A stretch of 64,000 nucleotides of DNA from a virus. The notes under the pieces were generated by a model that was not told the origin of the DNA, ran no database searches, and saw only the letters and a program-made list of their open reading frames with translations. Below, one piece after another: positions 27,901-39,553 of this stretch. Made by a program: the position numbers and the translations under genes. The stretch's first letter is position 1, and each line of letters begins with the position of its first letter. The DNA is taken from positions 23,462 through 87,461 of IMG/VR virus record IMGVR_UViG_3300025133_009669. One strand, written 5' to 3'.

Positions 27901-28500
27901 ACGGCGAATTTCTCTAAAATAGTTGATGCTAAATTTACTTCAAAAATGGAATCAAATTTAGATACCATTGCAACAGGTGGGTTGTCGTATAAAGACTTGC
28001 TGAAAGACTTTAATGAGAAGTTAGATGAGCAATTAAAGACGGCAAATCAAGCTGGGCCTCCGAAGGCTTTCATTGTAGACGTGGGATGTCCAAAGTGTAA
28101 ATCAAAGATGACAAAGAAGATATCTAAGTCAGGACCTTTCCTTTCTTGTCTTACTTGGCCCAAGTGTGATGGAACTGCATCTATAGACGGAAAGCCTAAG
28201 GCTGTTGCCGTTGAGACAGGACATAAGTGTCCTGAGTGTTCAAATATCTTGGTTAAGAGAAAGAGCAAGGCAAAGGGGACGGAATTTTTAGGCTGCAAGA
28301 CCTTTCCCACATGTAGGTATGCTGCTTCTATCGATTCTGATGGAAATCCTGTAAAGAAGTCTGCAAAAGCTCCTCTCAAGAAGACTGGACAAAAGTGTCC
28401 TAAATGCAAACAGGGAGATGTAGTTGAGAGGAAGGGTAGGTACGGCCTCTTCGCCGGCTGCTCCAAATTTCCAAAATGCAAGCAAACTATGAAGATCTAG
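24916..28500 (+). CDS. topA: DNA topoisomerase IA with intein and C-terminal Zn ribbons
   Basis: IESPNK, ATDPDREGE, SAGRVQS, LITYHR|TDS, QDAHEAIRPT, GRPSTYA, three C4 ribbons. Confidence 0.95.
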   Translation: MPLVLIESPNKISKLRTILGPNYTVMASVGHIMDLSKKNMGVDLDTFEAIYKVNLDKKDIAKNIKAEAKKHEVIYIATDPDREGEAIAFHIASLLPKRGVKIHRVRFNAITKEAVKKAMKNPEKLDQNLYDAQQARRITDRLVGFRVSPVMWNKGLRGTSAGRVQSVALKFVADREKEIKAFVPKEYWTINAETSSGFSADFYGIDGKNFVPSNKVESDDVTDEMKSKKTDLVVTEYVAKQRTRKPYPPFITSTMQQSASNSLGWGAKKTMSVAQSLFGYGLITYHRCFPGHVRISTSAGMVPIKDIKLGEMVDTLRGPRPVTDIVKNKNREIYSLQTKHGYMLEGSHNEPLLVMGEDLSTSWVKMEDLKPGDHVALAKNFSWSDEQLFDYECPFERERSQVNTLTCAICGRDDLKSLSPHLKRHHKLSGPEYLKQYDKKLLDVSLVNNFKIPKIMTNELARVLGYLSSEGTFSKNGKNIIFYNSNKSLLDDFANCFNSLFGTSYKPFYASNKFEANSQRIWNFLNWLGLEPVDAKKKRVPQIMNTAPKSCAIQFLKSYWEGDGSYDKFITDSLLMARDLKLLLLRIGIPTGLHISCDTNGFSAGNPQYLIQLTGYVRRNFFAQIQMPHSEAKRDQAEKMLLGTTDGKYEYHWSDRIPHTKGLIESIYSENFKSGWSGSDLDKYRVKIGIDSRWNRKYGSLHRNQVNDSSWGYINFGKEKEHNKPSGLTPIQFIKLIDENLGDVISKTLEDDIIWDKITKVKTSHYEDTWDLTVEGQHHYVAEGFYAHNTDSTRSDPQKITDLRAKITKDHGKKYLSPSVIKYGAKSGAQDAHEAIRPTYDKAVSALSTDEKKLLRLIDNRFTASQMANAKFDQVALKMEFKGKGRAFNFKKNGSALKFDGFLKVYGEIKDDVILPSLAVGDKVPWDKVVSGQHFTKPPPRFSDASIIKLLEKEGVGRPSTYASILDTILNRKYVTRNKKALCATETGIMVSDYLTANFSKIVDAKFTSKMESNLDTIATGGLSYKDLLKDFNEKLDEQLKTANQAGPPKAFIVDVGCPKCKSKMTKKISKSGPFLSCLTWPKCDGTASIDGKPKAVAVETGHKCPECSNILVKRKSKAKGTEFLGCKTFPTCRYAASIDSDGNPVKKSAKAPLKKTGQKCPKCKQGDVVERKGRYGLFAGCSKFPKCKQTMKI
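25777..27282 (+). mobile_element. Intein (502 aa) next to the TopA catalytic Tyr, with LAGLIDADG and Zn-finger insertion
   Basis: CFPGHV...FYAHN/T; LGYLSSEG and FLKSYWEGDG; CAICG...HLKRHH. Confidence 0.92.
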
Positions 28501-28559
28501 TAATATTCGGGCTATATGGTGTGCAAGCATTCCATTGCACCATATAACCCGGAGATATT

Positions 28560-29351
28560 ATGACTAAAAAATGTAGCAAATGTAATATAGATAAGCCATT
28601 AACAGAGTTTTCTTTAAGAAAAGAAGTCGGAAAGAAGGGATCATATACAAGGCCTAGAGCTGATTGTAAAAAATGTGTGGCGAAGAGATCAAAAGAGTAT
28701 ATTAGGAAAAAGAAAGAAGCGATTATAGCGCGCGGCGGGCATGATTATAATATAATTTATCAAAATTATTTCAAATGCCCTAAGTGTAATTCAAATAAGT
28801 TGGGCAAGTTTTTTTATAAAACACAGGAGCATAAAACTGGGCTAAGCGTATATTGTAAGTCTTGTGATAAAAAATATGCTCAAGATAGAATGTTTGCAAG
28901 GAAGCACGAATACACAGAAGAGCAGTTGGCAATGATAATGAGAGAGTGCAAGATCTGCAAGAAGACTAGGCCGCTCGGAGAATACCATAGATCTCATAGT
29001 TCAAAATCAGGAAGACGGATCAATTGCAAATTTTGCATAAATAAAAAAAATCAGAAGAGGAGAAGTTCAAAAAAGGGCCGATTGGGCGTTTATAAAGAGG
29101 CGGCAAGAGGTAGGAAAATAGAGTGGAACCTTTCTGATGAAGAATTCTTTTCGTTTTGGCAGTCGGATTGCTCTTACTGCGGAGATAAGATAGCGACAAT
29201 AGGAGTTGATCGAGTTGATAACACAAAGGCATATTCTGTAGATAATGTACGCTCATGCTGTATTGTCTGTAACAGAATGAAAATGGCTATGGGCCTCGAT
29301 GAGTGGCTCTCTCATATGAGAAAAATAATTAAAAATTCGGATAAACAATAG
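28560..29351 (+). CDS. HNH/EndoVII-like endonuclease with repeated CxxC zinc modules
   Basis: Three CxxC..CxxC units; CSYCG...GVDRVDNTKAYSVDNVRSCCIVCNRMK. Confidence 0.8.
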   Translation: MTKKCSKCNIDKPLTEFSLRKEVGKKGSYTRPRADCKKCVAKRSKEYIRKKKEAIIARGGHDYNIIYQNYFKCPKCNSNKLGKFFYKTQEHKTGLSVYCKSCDKKYAQDRMFARKHEYTEEQLAMIMRECKICKKTRPLGEYHRSHSSKSGRRINCKFCINKKNQKRRSSKKGRLGVYKEAARGRKIEWNLSDEEFFSFWQSDCSYCGDKIATIGVDRVDNTKAYSVDNVRSCCIVCNRMKMAMGLDEWLSHMRKIIKNSDKQ

Positions 29352-29558
29352 GATAATCATGCTTAATAACGATGAGCCAAGTCTTTCCTCCCTGAATGAA
29401 GGCGGCTATTAAGTGCGGAGAATTAAAATATGCAAATGAATACTGAGGAGATAAGATGACCTGGAATCATAGAGTAATTCGGCGCAAAGAGCAAGGGCTT
29501 GCTATTCAATTTAAGCTTAAAAATGAAAGCTAAAGACAAGAAACACTAAGGAGCCAAT

Positions 29559-32500
29559 ATGTCAAAAGATAATAATGAAAATTCTACGCAGCAATCATGC
29601 CCTCCCGATCTCTTTAAAGAGCCTTTGCTTATAACGGAGAAGAAGCCTTTATCTACAGGTCTTGAGGACGCGCTGAGAGCAGTTAGGTCGGTCAGGCAGG
29701 GAAAGGCGATGGCCTCAAGACAGTGGTCCCTTCTGGTCTGGCTACTCTCTGATGACTCTAGAGAGATAAGCGATGATGCCTCTCCTTTATTGAGGCAGTT
29801 GGTCATAATGGCTAGATCTAAGAATTATCAGGAGATCACAGAGATGCTTATCTTTGCAAAAGAATCTGCGAGAAAGGAGCATAAGGAATCATAATGCAGG
29901 ACGAGGGCGAGATAGTTTCAGAGAAGAAGAGCTGGTTTAATGCGGATACAGGCAGTCTAACTTTTATAGATTCGTGTCAGTCAGCTTACGATTTACCTCT
30001 TATATGGAAAGAGAACGTAATCTGCTATGTTGAGGATGAAGAAGTTATATATATTAGCGCCGGTCCAGCAGTTTGGAAGCGTGTAACAGAAACACCCTTT
30101 TAAAGGAGAATCAATGAATAATTATAATCATGAGTGGTACGAGATGAGTAGTCATCCGGGATGGTTTGAGTGCGAATTTTGTCCGCTTCAAAAGCACGGA
30201 GAAGAAGTAAAGAAGGGAGAAGAAATAGTAGATTACTGTCCTTCGCGACTTCTTACTGCATTAAAATGTTCTGAGGAAAAATCTCGCATATTTGGACCAT
30301 TAAATAGCACTGCCGATGCCGCCAAGGCTTGGGAGAAGAAGATAAGAAGAGAGTTAGAAGAAGAAATTGGCATTTGGAAAGAAGCTGGTGAAGATTACCA
30401 GAATATGGCTCTTAAATGGCATAATGCTGTGACTCGTGCAGAAAGAGCCGAAGCCTTGAACGCTTCTCTGCAGCAAGAAATAGAGGCTAAGGTTCAGCAT
30501 GCCTACACAGCTATAAGGTCTGAGGAGAGCTAAATTTTTATTATGCTAGAACTTACAGAAGAAGAAGTCTCTCTCTCAAAAAGGGCTTTGTCTTGCGCCA
30601 ATTGGCGTTGGAAAATAGGAATGAGAGGCGGAGTTCCTGGCGACTGGTACCGTGCGTGTGATCAATCAGAAAAGATATATTGGCATGGAGAGACCAATGG
30701 AGGATGGACCATTGAGGTTGGTAGTGATTGGATTCCAGACTTTAGGGATGCGGCAACGCTAGGCTGCCTATTGGAAATAGTTAGAGAAATTTCTGGAGAT
30801 CCGTGGCTTTATGTCTATGTTAGGTCTAGAGCAGATGGATCGGAGCACGAATGGACGGGCACCGTATGGGATGAGCGCTTTTCCGCCGATAGCGAAGAGG
30901 GCGTTCTTGTGAAAATGCTGGAGAGCTTAAATGAGTCGTAATCTATGTACATCATCTTGTGAAAGCTGTGGATATACTGTTCGATTGTCAGATATCCGAG
31001 GAAAGCCAATAGAGTTTCGGCAATATGGAAAGTATGCTCCGCAGCTTGGCTGCAGGTTTGATTGCCATTGCGGGGAAGTGTACTTCGCTATTTGGAGGGC
31101 CCAAGAACAATTTTGGGGCAGAAAGGCATTGTCTGACGGGTCTTGGAAGAAGCCAACTCTTGATATCAATGGATATGAATTTGACAATAATGAGCATGGA
31201 AAGTTTGCAATTGAGCATGCCAGTCATACGGAGGAGACAGGGGTTTTTACCATTGATCTTTCTCATTATGCAGCATACAATGATGAGAAGTGCGGCAATT
31301 CCTTCCTAGAAGAGCAGATTCTTAATGGAGAAAAGGATCCACGGCATTTGTGTGTAGATAACGCTCTTGATACACAGCTGGTGTGGTAGAAGGTGGCCAA
31401 CGAAGAGCTGTCAAAGCGTCTGCTTGCATGTTCACGATTTCAATGGATACCTGGAATGTTGGGACGAGATGGGCCCGTAACACAACGAATATTTGATTAT
31501 AAAATTCCTGATAAAGAAAGATGGCTGCCAGACTTAAACGATGCAGCTACGATCGGTTGTTTGATAGCCTTGGCCCGCATTATCTATAAGGATAATTCTC
31601 TTATAATTGCATCTATTGATTATGGGCCCGGAGGAATTATGTGGCAAGCAAGAAAGACTATTGGAGGGGTTTGGCTTAGTGAGCGTCATTATCCCTCAGA
31701 GGCAGAGGCTATAGTCGCAATTTTTGAAAATAAAATAAAATGAGGTTAATATGAAAAGAAACAAACCATTATCACCAACCATGAAGCGTAAATTTGAGCG
31801 ATCAGGATGTGTCTTCAAAGAGCATCCAGACGATGATGAGCATAGGCAAATCGGAGGAGGAAGCGGCCTCGGACTATGTGGATTCGGGCCGGATGGAGGC
31901 TTTATTGCTCCCGAAAGTGACGGCGATTATTTCAGGTGGCTAGCCAGATCTGGAATATATGCTCCCCTTAGGGCTGACTCTGCTCATAGCTCCGCATCAA
32001 TAGGCAAGATAGGAATAGGAGAATATGCTGGCAAATGGGCCGGATGGTCACATCGAGCAAGCTTAATGTTTGGAATAGGTGATCTTTTGTTTGAGGAGAA
32101 ATATGTTCTTACTGATGAAACTTTATTTCGAAATGCAGGAGAAGTTGTTATAAAAACGGAAGAGCAAGCAAGACAGGCTGCTTCTAATTTCTCAAAATAT
32201 GTCTCTTAGGAATGTCAATATGAAAAAGGAAACTTTGGAAGAATTTCGTCAGCGGTTACATAGCGGACATGTTAATACGGACTCTATAATTGAGTAGCTA
32301 TGGGAGGCTAACAACGTCATTAATACTCTTAGAGATGAGTCTGTTTTTCTAGAAAAACTAGCTGTGTTTGAGCACAAACAGTGGGCTCATTGGACTAAAT
32401 ATATGTTAAAAACACTAGACCCTCTCTTATCATATGGTCAAGGCGTTGTTCTTGAGGCAATAAAGCAAGGGCAGAAAGATGAGGACGCTATTTTTGCAAT

Positions 32501-35500
32501 AGATGCGGTAAGACGTTGGTGGAAGCAGATTGACACGCCTTATTTTAAGCTTTCTGAGAAAGAAAAAGAATCTGATAGAGAATGGGCTCGAAAAGTAATG
32601 AATATAGTTGTTCCAATAAATTAAAAAAATTTTATGAAAACATTAACAAAAGTACATGAGGAGCAGGCAGAAAAAGAGAGAATTAACCTCGAAGACAGAA
32701 TGATTGCAAGAAAAAGGCTTTTAGAAAGCTCTGCCTCTATACTTCCACTTGAAGGTAGAGTCTCGAATAGACTTATTTATAGAGAACTTTTAAAGAAAAA
32801 AATCCATGTTTCTTCTCGTAACATTATGTCCAATGTTGCTTGTGATAATTGCAAAACAGAACTAGTCTTCAAAAGCCCTGATTCTATCGTTATGAGCTAT
32901 CCTCCGCGACGATGTGTTGTATGCGTTGGTTGCGGATTTAGCGGCCATCTGAGGTTGAACGCAAATGTTTAACAAAATAGAGATGTGGAGAGATGAGGAC
33001 GAAACTGGAGTCTCTGGAATCGGAAAGGTTGCAGAAGGCGTAAGGTTTAGCGATGGGAAGATCGCATTAAGATGGCTAACTAGCACTAGCTCTACTTGCC
33101 TTTATGACTCTTATGGTGATGTTCTGGCAATTCATGGTCACGGAGGGAAAACAAGGTTCATAATATGCGGAACTCCGTGGAAACGCGGAAAGGAAGATGC
33201 GATACAAGATGCTGCAGAGAACGCTCCCTTCAACTGCATTAGGGGAGGTCGAAAGGCTCCGCCCCCTATTAAAAGAGTAGAGTGGACTCTTCCAGCGTGG
33301 ATAACAAAGGATGAAGAAGAAGCCTATCTCGCAGGCTATGAGGCCGGCTGCATAAGCCTTTACGGAGAAGAATGGGAGACTTGTTCGTGGGAATGGCACA
33401 GCACAGTTTCAATAGGAGGTATAACGAATGTCGGACAGAAATGACGTAGTGGCTTTGTCTGGAACGATAATTAGCCTTAGAGATTCGCTACGCAAACTAG
33501 ACGCACATTTGCGCAAAGTTTACATGCTTGGAGCAGAAGGTTTGGATAAAAATCTGTTGGCCAAAGATCTAGTGAAGGCAGACGGCCTACTTTTGGGGAC
33601 AGAGACTTCTCTGGAAGGTCACTTAAAAAAAGTAAGAGCTGTTGAGCTAAGAAAGCAGGCCAAAAGCTTTTATGCTGAAGAAAAGTTTTTGATTGACAAA
33701 GGATGCTGTGCCGACCTTGAGTATTGCGATATTGCATCAACATGGTTTACGGCAGCTACAGCATTAGAGGTCGAAGCCGATAGACTAGAGGGTAATAAAT
33801 GAACAAGGAAATTACAAAGTTAATATTAAAACTAAGAAAGGCTGTAGAAGGAGAAGTCTCTGGCCAGCATCCAATGCTAAATCGTGTGGCTTGGAATAAA
33901 GTCGAAGACTCTTTTTCGGCTATGTTTTCTCAGAATCAGCAAAAATATGGAAGAGATCCTCGCTTAGATCCTATAGGGGCGAAAGTTAGGAAGACTTTGA
34001 ACGATCGTAATGAGAAAGAGATTATTCTTAACGCTCAGCGTTCCGAAATAGAAGATGCTCATTTAGCTCTTGATGCAGAAGGAGTTCCTCGCAAGCATCA
34101 AGATGACGAGGGAACTCCAATGGGATTCTCTCTTAAGCAGCGGATCAATCTTCTTCTGGATAGAAAAAGAGAGGAGCATGGGGACAACCTTAAGGAGTAA
34201 ACGGCAAGAGCCTGTGCAGAAGCGCTGAAAGAAATTGCCTCTAGATTCAAGACAGATCACTACCTATGGCCATCAGCGGAAGTAGCTGATTGGATATATA
34301 AGAAGTCTGAATTCCTCATAAAAAAGGAAGAGAGATGACATTCGGACAAAAGGAAATAGATGAAATTTATAATTTGCTATCGGAGCTGAACTCTAGTAAA
34401 TGGGAGCGGGTAGCGGAACGCCTTGCAGATGAAGGTCCTGATATAATTGCTGCTCTTTTAAATAAGGTTGAGTCTCTAAAAGAAGAGCGGGACGCATGGA
34501 TGGAGACTGCGAGGCAAGAGTCCAGAAATAGAGATTATTACAGAGGCCTTCTTGAGAAAACATCGTCTTATCTTGGCGTAGCTATTTTTACGCAAGATGA
34601 TAGAGGCATATCCGAGAGCCCTCCTCTCTCCAAAGTTCCAGAGCTAGTCAAAGATCTCAGTTTGCAGACTGGAGGATTATCAAATGAACGATAAAGATCA
34701 ATATAGTCTTATGAAAGAATATCTGGAAAGCAATAGGCCGGAAGAAGAGTTTCCAACTGGAACTCTCATGGGAGGGCCAAGGCATGACTTTGAAAAAGAT
34801 GAGGTAAGGCGTTTGCGTCTTGAGTTAAAAGATCTTCGTGCTTCACATTCCTACCTGTGCGATCGCATTAACGAAATAGCAGAAGAGATAGGCCCAAAAG
34901 AGTCTGAAGGTATGTACGGGATCTGCAATCTTTTAAATGGCGCACTAGCGGCCTCTTCTTGGGCACCTTTTCTTGAGCGAAGTGAAAATGACATTAAGGC
35001 AGAAGCATTGATGGAAGCCGCTAAAGATGCCGAGCCCATGAAAGATGGAGCCGGGATAAATGCAATGATCGATTGGCTTCGCTCTAGGGCGGCAGTAATC
35101 AAAAAGGGCTAAGCCCAGAGGAGAGGATATGAGTGATCTATATGGGGGAGAGAGAGTAATCGTTGATGCCTGCAACATATGCGGGGCGCCTATATATGAT
35201 TTCGCTATATGGTATGGAATTACTCCCCCACCACGTCAATATAGCTGCCTCTGCAGAGGCAACAAGTTGGATGTGCAGTTAATGGAATTTCTTCGAAATT
35301 CATATCCAAAGAAGGAAAAGCCTCCTATGGCCTGGGAGTGTTCTCGCTGCAATGCTATTAACGCTCCACATGTAAGCTCTTGCTCTTGCACCGCCTTGGA
35401 TGATTCCGACCTAGAAAATGGTGACGATGAGGGCTTAGATGTAGTTAGATTTAATCATGAATTTCATGATCAAGTTTGCATTCACTGTAATTTATCTGAC

Positions 35501-36149
35501 CTTTGCGAGGAAACAGAGTGCCCGGCGTTGCTAAGAGATGAGGTAGAGCGCTTGTTTGACTTCAATGAAAGCGGCTTAATGTGTTCTAAGCATTGGATTC
35601 ATCCGTCAAAATGTTGTTCTGGATCATACTCAACACGCCTTGTCAGCCAGGGCCTCTCTGGGAGGCTGGACAAGCTTCAAGGAAAGCTCAATATAGCCAA
35701 GCCTTTGCTAGAAGAGATTCAGAAGACACTGAGACTAATAGAATCTGGTGTCATCCCTTTTCATAGGGTTCCTCGAAAAACTGCCCCACTATTGCTAGGG
35801 CTAATTACTGTTGCCTTAGCGAAAATGGAAGAATAGTAAAATGGCCAGAATATCTGTCTGCAATCGCCATGCAGCCCTTGTCTGTCTGTCGCGCATTAGG
35901 CTCTCTTTTAATGGCACAAGCGGTTTTCTGAGGCCTAATCAGGTTAGGATTTTGAGCCCCTGTCAGCTTTGCAATAATTCTATTGCAACAGAATATGGTC
36001 CGCATGAAAAAGATCCGGACGCTTTGCCGGCGACCTTGATGATTTTTGAGCATGGCTTTTTTCAAGATGCTGGAGCTGTTAACAGCCAGATGGATATAAT
36101 GCAAGACGCAGCTGATTTGGCAAAATCAATTATTTTTAAAAGATATTAA
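29559..36149 (+). CDS. Array of about 17 small co-oriented hypothetical phage genes
   Basis: Tightly packed 69-235 aa + strand ORFs, many overlapping stop/start with RBSs; no recognisable enzyme motifs; 30543 and 31393 are paralogs. Confidence 0.7.
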
Positions 36150-36178
36150 TATTTTGTTATAAATCGCAAAGGAATATC

Positions 36179-38446
36179 ATGTTTAAAATTTCATCTGAAA
36201 ACTCAGAAGAGAGAAGAGCGTACGCTCTTCTTGGCTTTCTTTCAAAGCTGACGGAAGACTTCGGAAGCTTTGTTTCGCCAAGTGGCAAGAGCGTAAAGAT
36301 CGCGGATCATATTTATGTCGTCGGAGGAGCAGTTAGAAACTACTTAATCAATAAGCCTGTTAAGGATATAGATATAGTTATTGACGCAGTGAATTTGAGT
36401 GTTGACGGAAAAAGGCGAGATGCAAAGTGGCTTGCTGATTTAATCGTGAAAAATTCTCCAAAAGAAGGCTGTGTAGAGAGAAGTCCTCCGAATAACTTTG
36501 GAGTAGAACTTGTTCATGTTAAAGGCGATTGGTTTATAGACGGAGTAAATCTTAAAGGCGAGGATATCGAAATTGCTTATGCTAGAACGGAAACGTATAA
36601 GCCGGGAGGCTTTAAGCCTGATCATGTAGAGAAAGCTACAATAGAAGAAGATTCGCTAAGGCGAGAGTTTACTGTAAACACTTTGTTGTGGAAGTTTTCG
36701 GATCTAAAGGAAAAGGGCCCGAGCAAAGAAATCGTAATAGATCCTCTTGGAGTTGGACTCAGAGATCTAGAGAATAATGTTTTGGATACGCCATTGGATC
36801 CCAAGCAAACCTTTAAAGATGACTCTACTCGAATGATGCGAGTAATGAAGTTTCAGTTTAAATATGGATTCGATGTTGCACCTAGAGTAACAGAAGCTCT
36901 CCGATCTAATCCAGAATACATAAGAAACGCAGAACCTAACGTCTTGGCCGACTTGCTGAAGAATACCATCTTAAATCAAGACAGATATCTAGATGCCCTC
37001 GAAGAGATGAAGAGTAATCTAATCCTTGAGGAAATAGTTCAGCTCTTAGATGAAAATGAAGCGTTTAGAGCTTCGATTATGAGCTGGATCCATGATAAAA
37101 AAGATTTAAACTTCTTATTTGACCTCTTGGATTACGGTCTGCCCGTTGGTGATAAGATTTCTTTTTTACCGGAAGAAGAGCGGTTTATGTTTAGAACAAA
37201 TATCAAAGGCCTACCAAAATTTGATCAGTACGAATATTTGCGAGGACTGAAGAGCCCTGGAAACTTGATTAAAGATAAGTCATTTTTTATGACGCTTTAT
37301 AACTCCGCAAAAGAGTTAAGTCCAGACTTATCTAGAGCAGAATTTAATGCAAATTATTATCAACCGGAGGCAAAGAGGGTTCTTCTGAACAAACCAGAAG
37401 TAGCCTTCTCTCCGGAGGCCCTCAGAAAAGAGGTAGAGGACGCAGTTATGAAAAAGATAGATTTGAATCCGGCCATAAGAGGCGGCTTTGTAGATGTAAG
37501 GCTGGATAAGTTGGCAGGCTATCTATACAACATAAAGCAGGAACAATACGCAAATTCAACTCTTCTTTTAAAGACTTCGGGAACTAACTATGAAGAGGAG
37601 TTAAGTAGAATGATTCCGCAGGGCAGTGGAGATATTTATGTCTTTGATATGGACGACACCTTGTTCTGGACTCCTGATTGGGCAGACCATGTTGCTTTAA
37701 GCGAAGAGAATGTTGCAGTAAGTGTATCAGAAGAGTATCCAATGATATTCGGAAAGGCAATCAGCCTTATAAATAAGATTAATTCAACTCCAGAAAATTA
37801 CGTGCGAAAAAATAAAGATGGTACCATTAACGAGTCTTTGCTAGAAAGAGCAAGGGCATTTCTTCCATTTTCTTTGCGAAAGAAGATTGTCGACATCCCT
37901 GTATTAGGCAAAAAAAACCAAACAATATTTGTACTTACCGCAGGCAATGGAAGCGAGGTCTCTATTAATGATTATAAGGAACTATTTTCATCAAAAAACC
38001 AAAAACTTTTTGATATGCGAGCAAAGTATTATCCTAATGCAGTTGTAATTACTGGTGATCCGAATTTCTACAAAATACCAGAAACACTTGGAACGATTCC
38101 AAATGATGAGATTATCCCCATCTATAGAGAGCACGCTGCGAACTCTTATGTCCTAACTGCAAGAGAGGCCGCGCAGGGGATGTCAGAAGGAGTTATAAGC
38201 AGATTAGCCTCTCTGGGGCTTCCTGCTCCGCTAAAAGTTTTTACAAGACCTGCTGGCATGTCTGGTAGCGAATACAAAGGCTATGTAATAGGTGAGCTCG
38301 CAAAGCAGCCTAAAATCACAAGTATAACATTTTACGATGACAATAAAAGATATATAAATGGCATCCGCAAGATTTTGAGAGAAAACTATTTCGAATTTGA
38401 AGACAAAGTAACTCTAAATCTAGTAAGCATTGAGGCTAAACCGTAA
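36179..38446 (+). CDS. CCA-adding/poly(A) polymerase-family nucleotidyltransferase fused to a HAD phosphatase
   Basis: YVVGGAVRN, DIDIV, EEDSLRREFTVN, FKDDSTRMMR; C-terminal FDMDDTLF...LTAR...K...FYDDN. Confidence 0.85.
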   Translation: MFKISSENSEERRAYALLGFLSKLTEDFGSFVSPSGKSVKIADHIYVVGGAVRNYLINKPVKDIDIVIDAVNLSVDGKRRDAKWLADLIVKNSPKEGCVERSPPNNFGVELVHVKGDWFIDGVNLKGEDIEIAYARTETYKPGGFKPDHVEKATIEEDSLRREFTVNTLLWKFSDLKEKGPSKEIVIDPLGVGLRDLENNVLDTPLDPKQTFKDDSTRMMRVMKFQFKYGFDVAPRVTEALRSNPEYIRNAEPNVLADLLKNTILNQDRYLDALEEMKSNLILEEIVQLLDENEAFRASIMSWIHDKKDLNFLFDLLDYGLPVGDKISFLPEEERFMFRTNIKGLPKFDQYEYLRGLKSPGNLIKDKSFFMTLYNSAKELSPDLSRAEFNANYYQPEAKRVLLNKPEVAFSPEALRKEVEDAVMKKIDLNPAIRGGFVDVRLDKLAGYLYNIKQEQYANSTLLLKTSGTNYEEELSRMIPQGSGDIYVFDMDDTLFWTPDWADHVALSEENVAVSVSEEYPMIFGKAISLINKINSTPENYVRKNKDGTINESLLERARAFLPFSLRKKIVDIPVLGKKNQTIFVLTAGNGSEVSINDYKELFSSKNQKLFDMRAKYYPNAVVITGDPNFYKIPETLGTIPNDEIIPIYREHAANSYVLTAREAAQGMSEGVISRLASLGLPAPLKVFTRPAGMSGSEYKGYVIGELAKQPKITSITFYDDNKRYINGIRKILRENYFEFEDKVTLNLVSIEAKP

Positions 38447-38979
38447 TGATAAAATCACTTAATGAAGTAAAAGATTTCATGAGAAAAGAATCTGTTGAAG
38501 AAGAAATGGCCGAAAGAATCGAGCGTCTGATCGAGAAGGTTTCTTCGAAAAAGAACAGGAAGCCTATTTATATTGCTGCTTTTCTAACAAATGAAGGTCA
38601 AAATGATTTGAAAAATTGGTGGGAATCAAACGTAAGAAAACCTTTGCACTCAAAATCTTTTATGCACCATATGACAATTAAGCTTAAGCCTTCAATGGAA
38701 GAAGTTTTAGCCCTATCTATCGGAGAAGAAGTAGGCCTTTCGATTGTAGGGTTTGGAGAAGATGAGCAAGGTCAGGCCGTAGCAATATCTACGCATATTC
38801 CTGTCGCTGCAAACATTCCGCATATTACTGTCTCTACAGCAGAAGGTGTAAGTCCAGTTTATTCGAATAAGCTTTTGGAAAATAATTTCAAAGAAATTAG
38901 TGGACCAACGCTTATGGCGCGAATAGGATATTGGAATGGAAAAGAGGCTAAATTCGACTATCCAGAGGTCAACGAGTAG
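38446..38979 (+). CDS. 2H phosphoesterase (tRNA-ligase CPDase-like)
   Basis: Two HxT motifs (HHMTI, PHITV) and PVYSNKLL. Confidence 0.75.
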   Translation: MIKSLNEVKDFMRKESVEEEMAERIERLIEKVSSKKNRKPIYIAAFLTNEGQNDLKNWWESNVRKPLHSKSFMHHMTIKLKPSMEEVLALSIGEEVGLSIVGFGEDEQGQAVAISTHIPVAANIPHITVSTAEGVSPVYSNKLLENNFKEISGPTLMARIGYWNGKEAKFDYPEVNE

Positions 38980-38991
38980 GGCTGTTGAGTT

Positions 38992-39534
38992 ATGAAGCTC
39001 TCTGTCGGCTCAAATCTAAAAGAATTTCTTTTCTTATCTCTAGAAAACTCCATTCAAGAACAAGAACTGTCTCTTCCTATTGAAATAAGGCATTATATCT
39101 TAGAGCTTCTGCTCTCAGTGAAGCTCTGTCTTCCTTTTGATGAACTGACTACTTTGTCAGAGACATATCTGGTTGCAAAAAGTAAAAAATATAATTTTCA
39201 AAAAATAAATTTTTACAAAAAACTAGGAGACGCAACCATAGTCAGAGCAGGACTATTCCCAGAAAGCCTTAATCGTAGCGTAGGGGCTGAATATTATAGA
39301 AATATGGGAATTTTAGGATATAAAGAGACATATATATATTCGAAAAATAAAATTTATGATAATTTATCAGCGAATTATGATATATGCATTGATGCGATAC
39401 ATGGGATTAATATCCTCTCAATAAAGAATGATGTTATAAAGCTTTATAACTTTTGGGAGAAAACAAATAGTAGAGCTGCAAAGAAAAGACTTGCAAAATT
39501 GGGGCTTGTGAATACGGGGGAGATAATAGAATGA
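38992..39534 (+). CDS. Conserved hypothetical protein of bacterial type
   Basis: KKLGD...AGLFPESLNR...YYRNMG..GY pattern recalled from uncharacterised bacterial proteins. Confidence 0.55.
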   Translation: MKLSVGSNLKEFLFLSLENSIQEQELSLPIEIRHYILELLLSVKLCLPFDELTTLSETYLVAKSKKYNFQKINFYKKLGDATIVRAGLFPESLNRSVGAEYYRNMGILGYKETYIYSKNKIYDNLSANYDICIDAIHGINILSIKNDVIKLYNFWEKTNSRAAKKRLAKLGLVNTGEIIE

Positions 39535-39553
39535 AAAAAAACGAAAATTCTCA

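Noticed and set aside
29352-29558. Possible intron or structured RNA after the HNH gene
   Set aside because: Only short ORF fragments (e.g. MTWNHRVIRR..., 29456-29533) and no recognisable group I/II core; topA is complete without splicing
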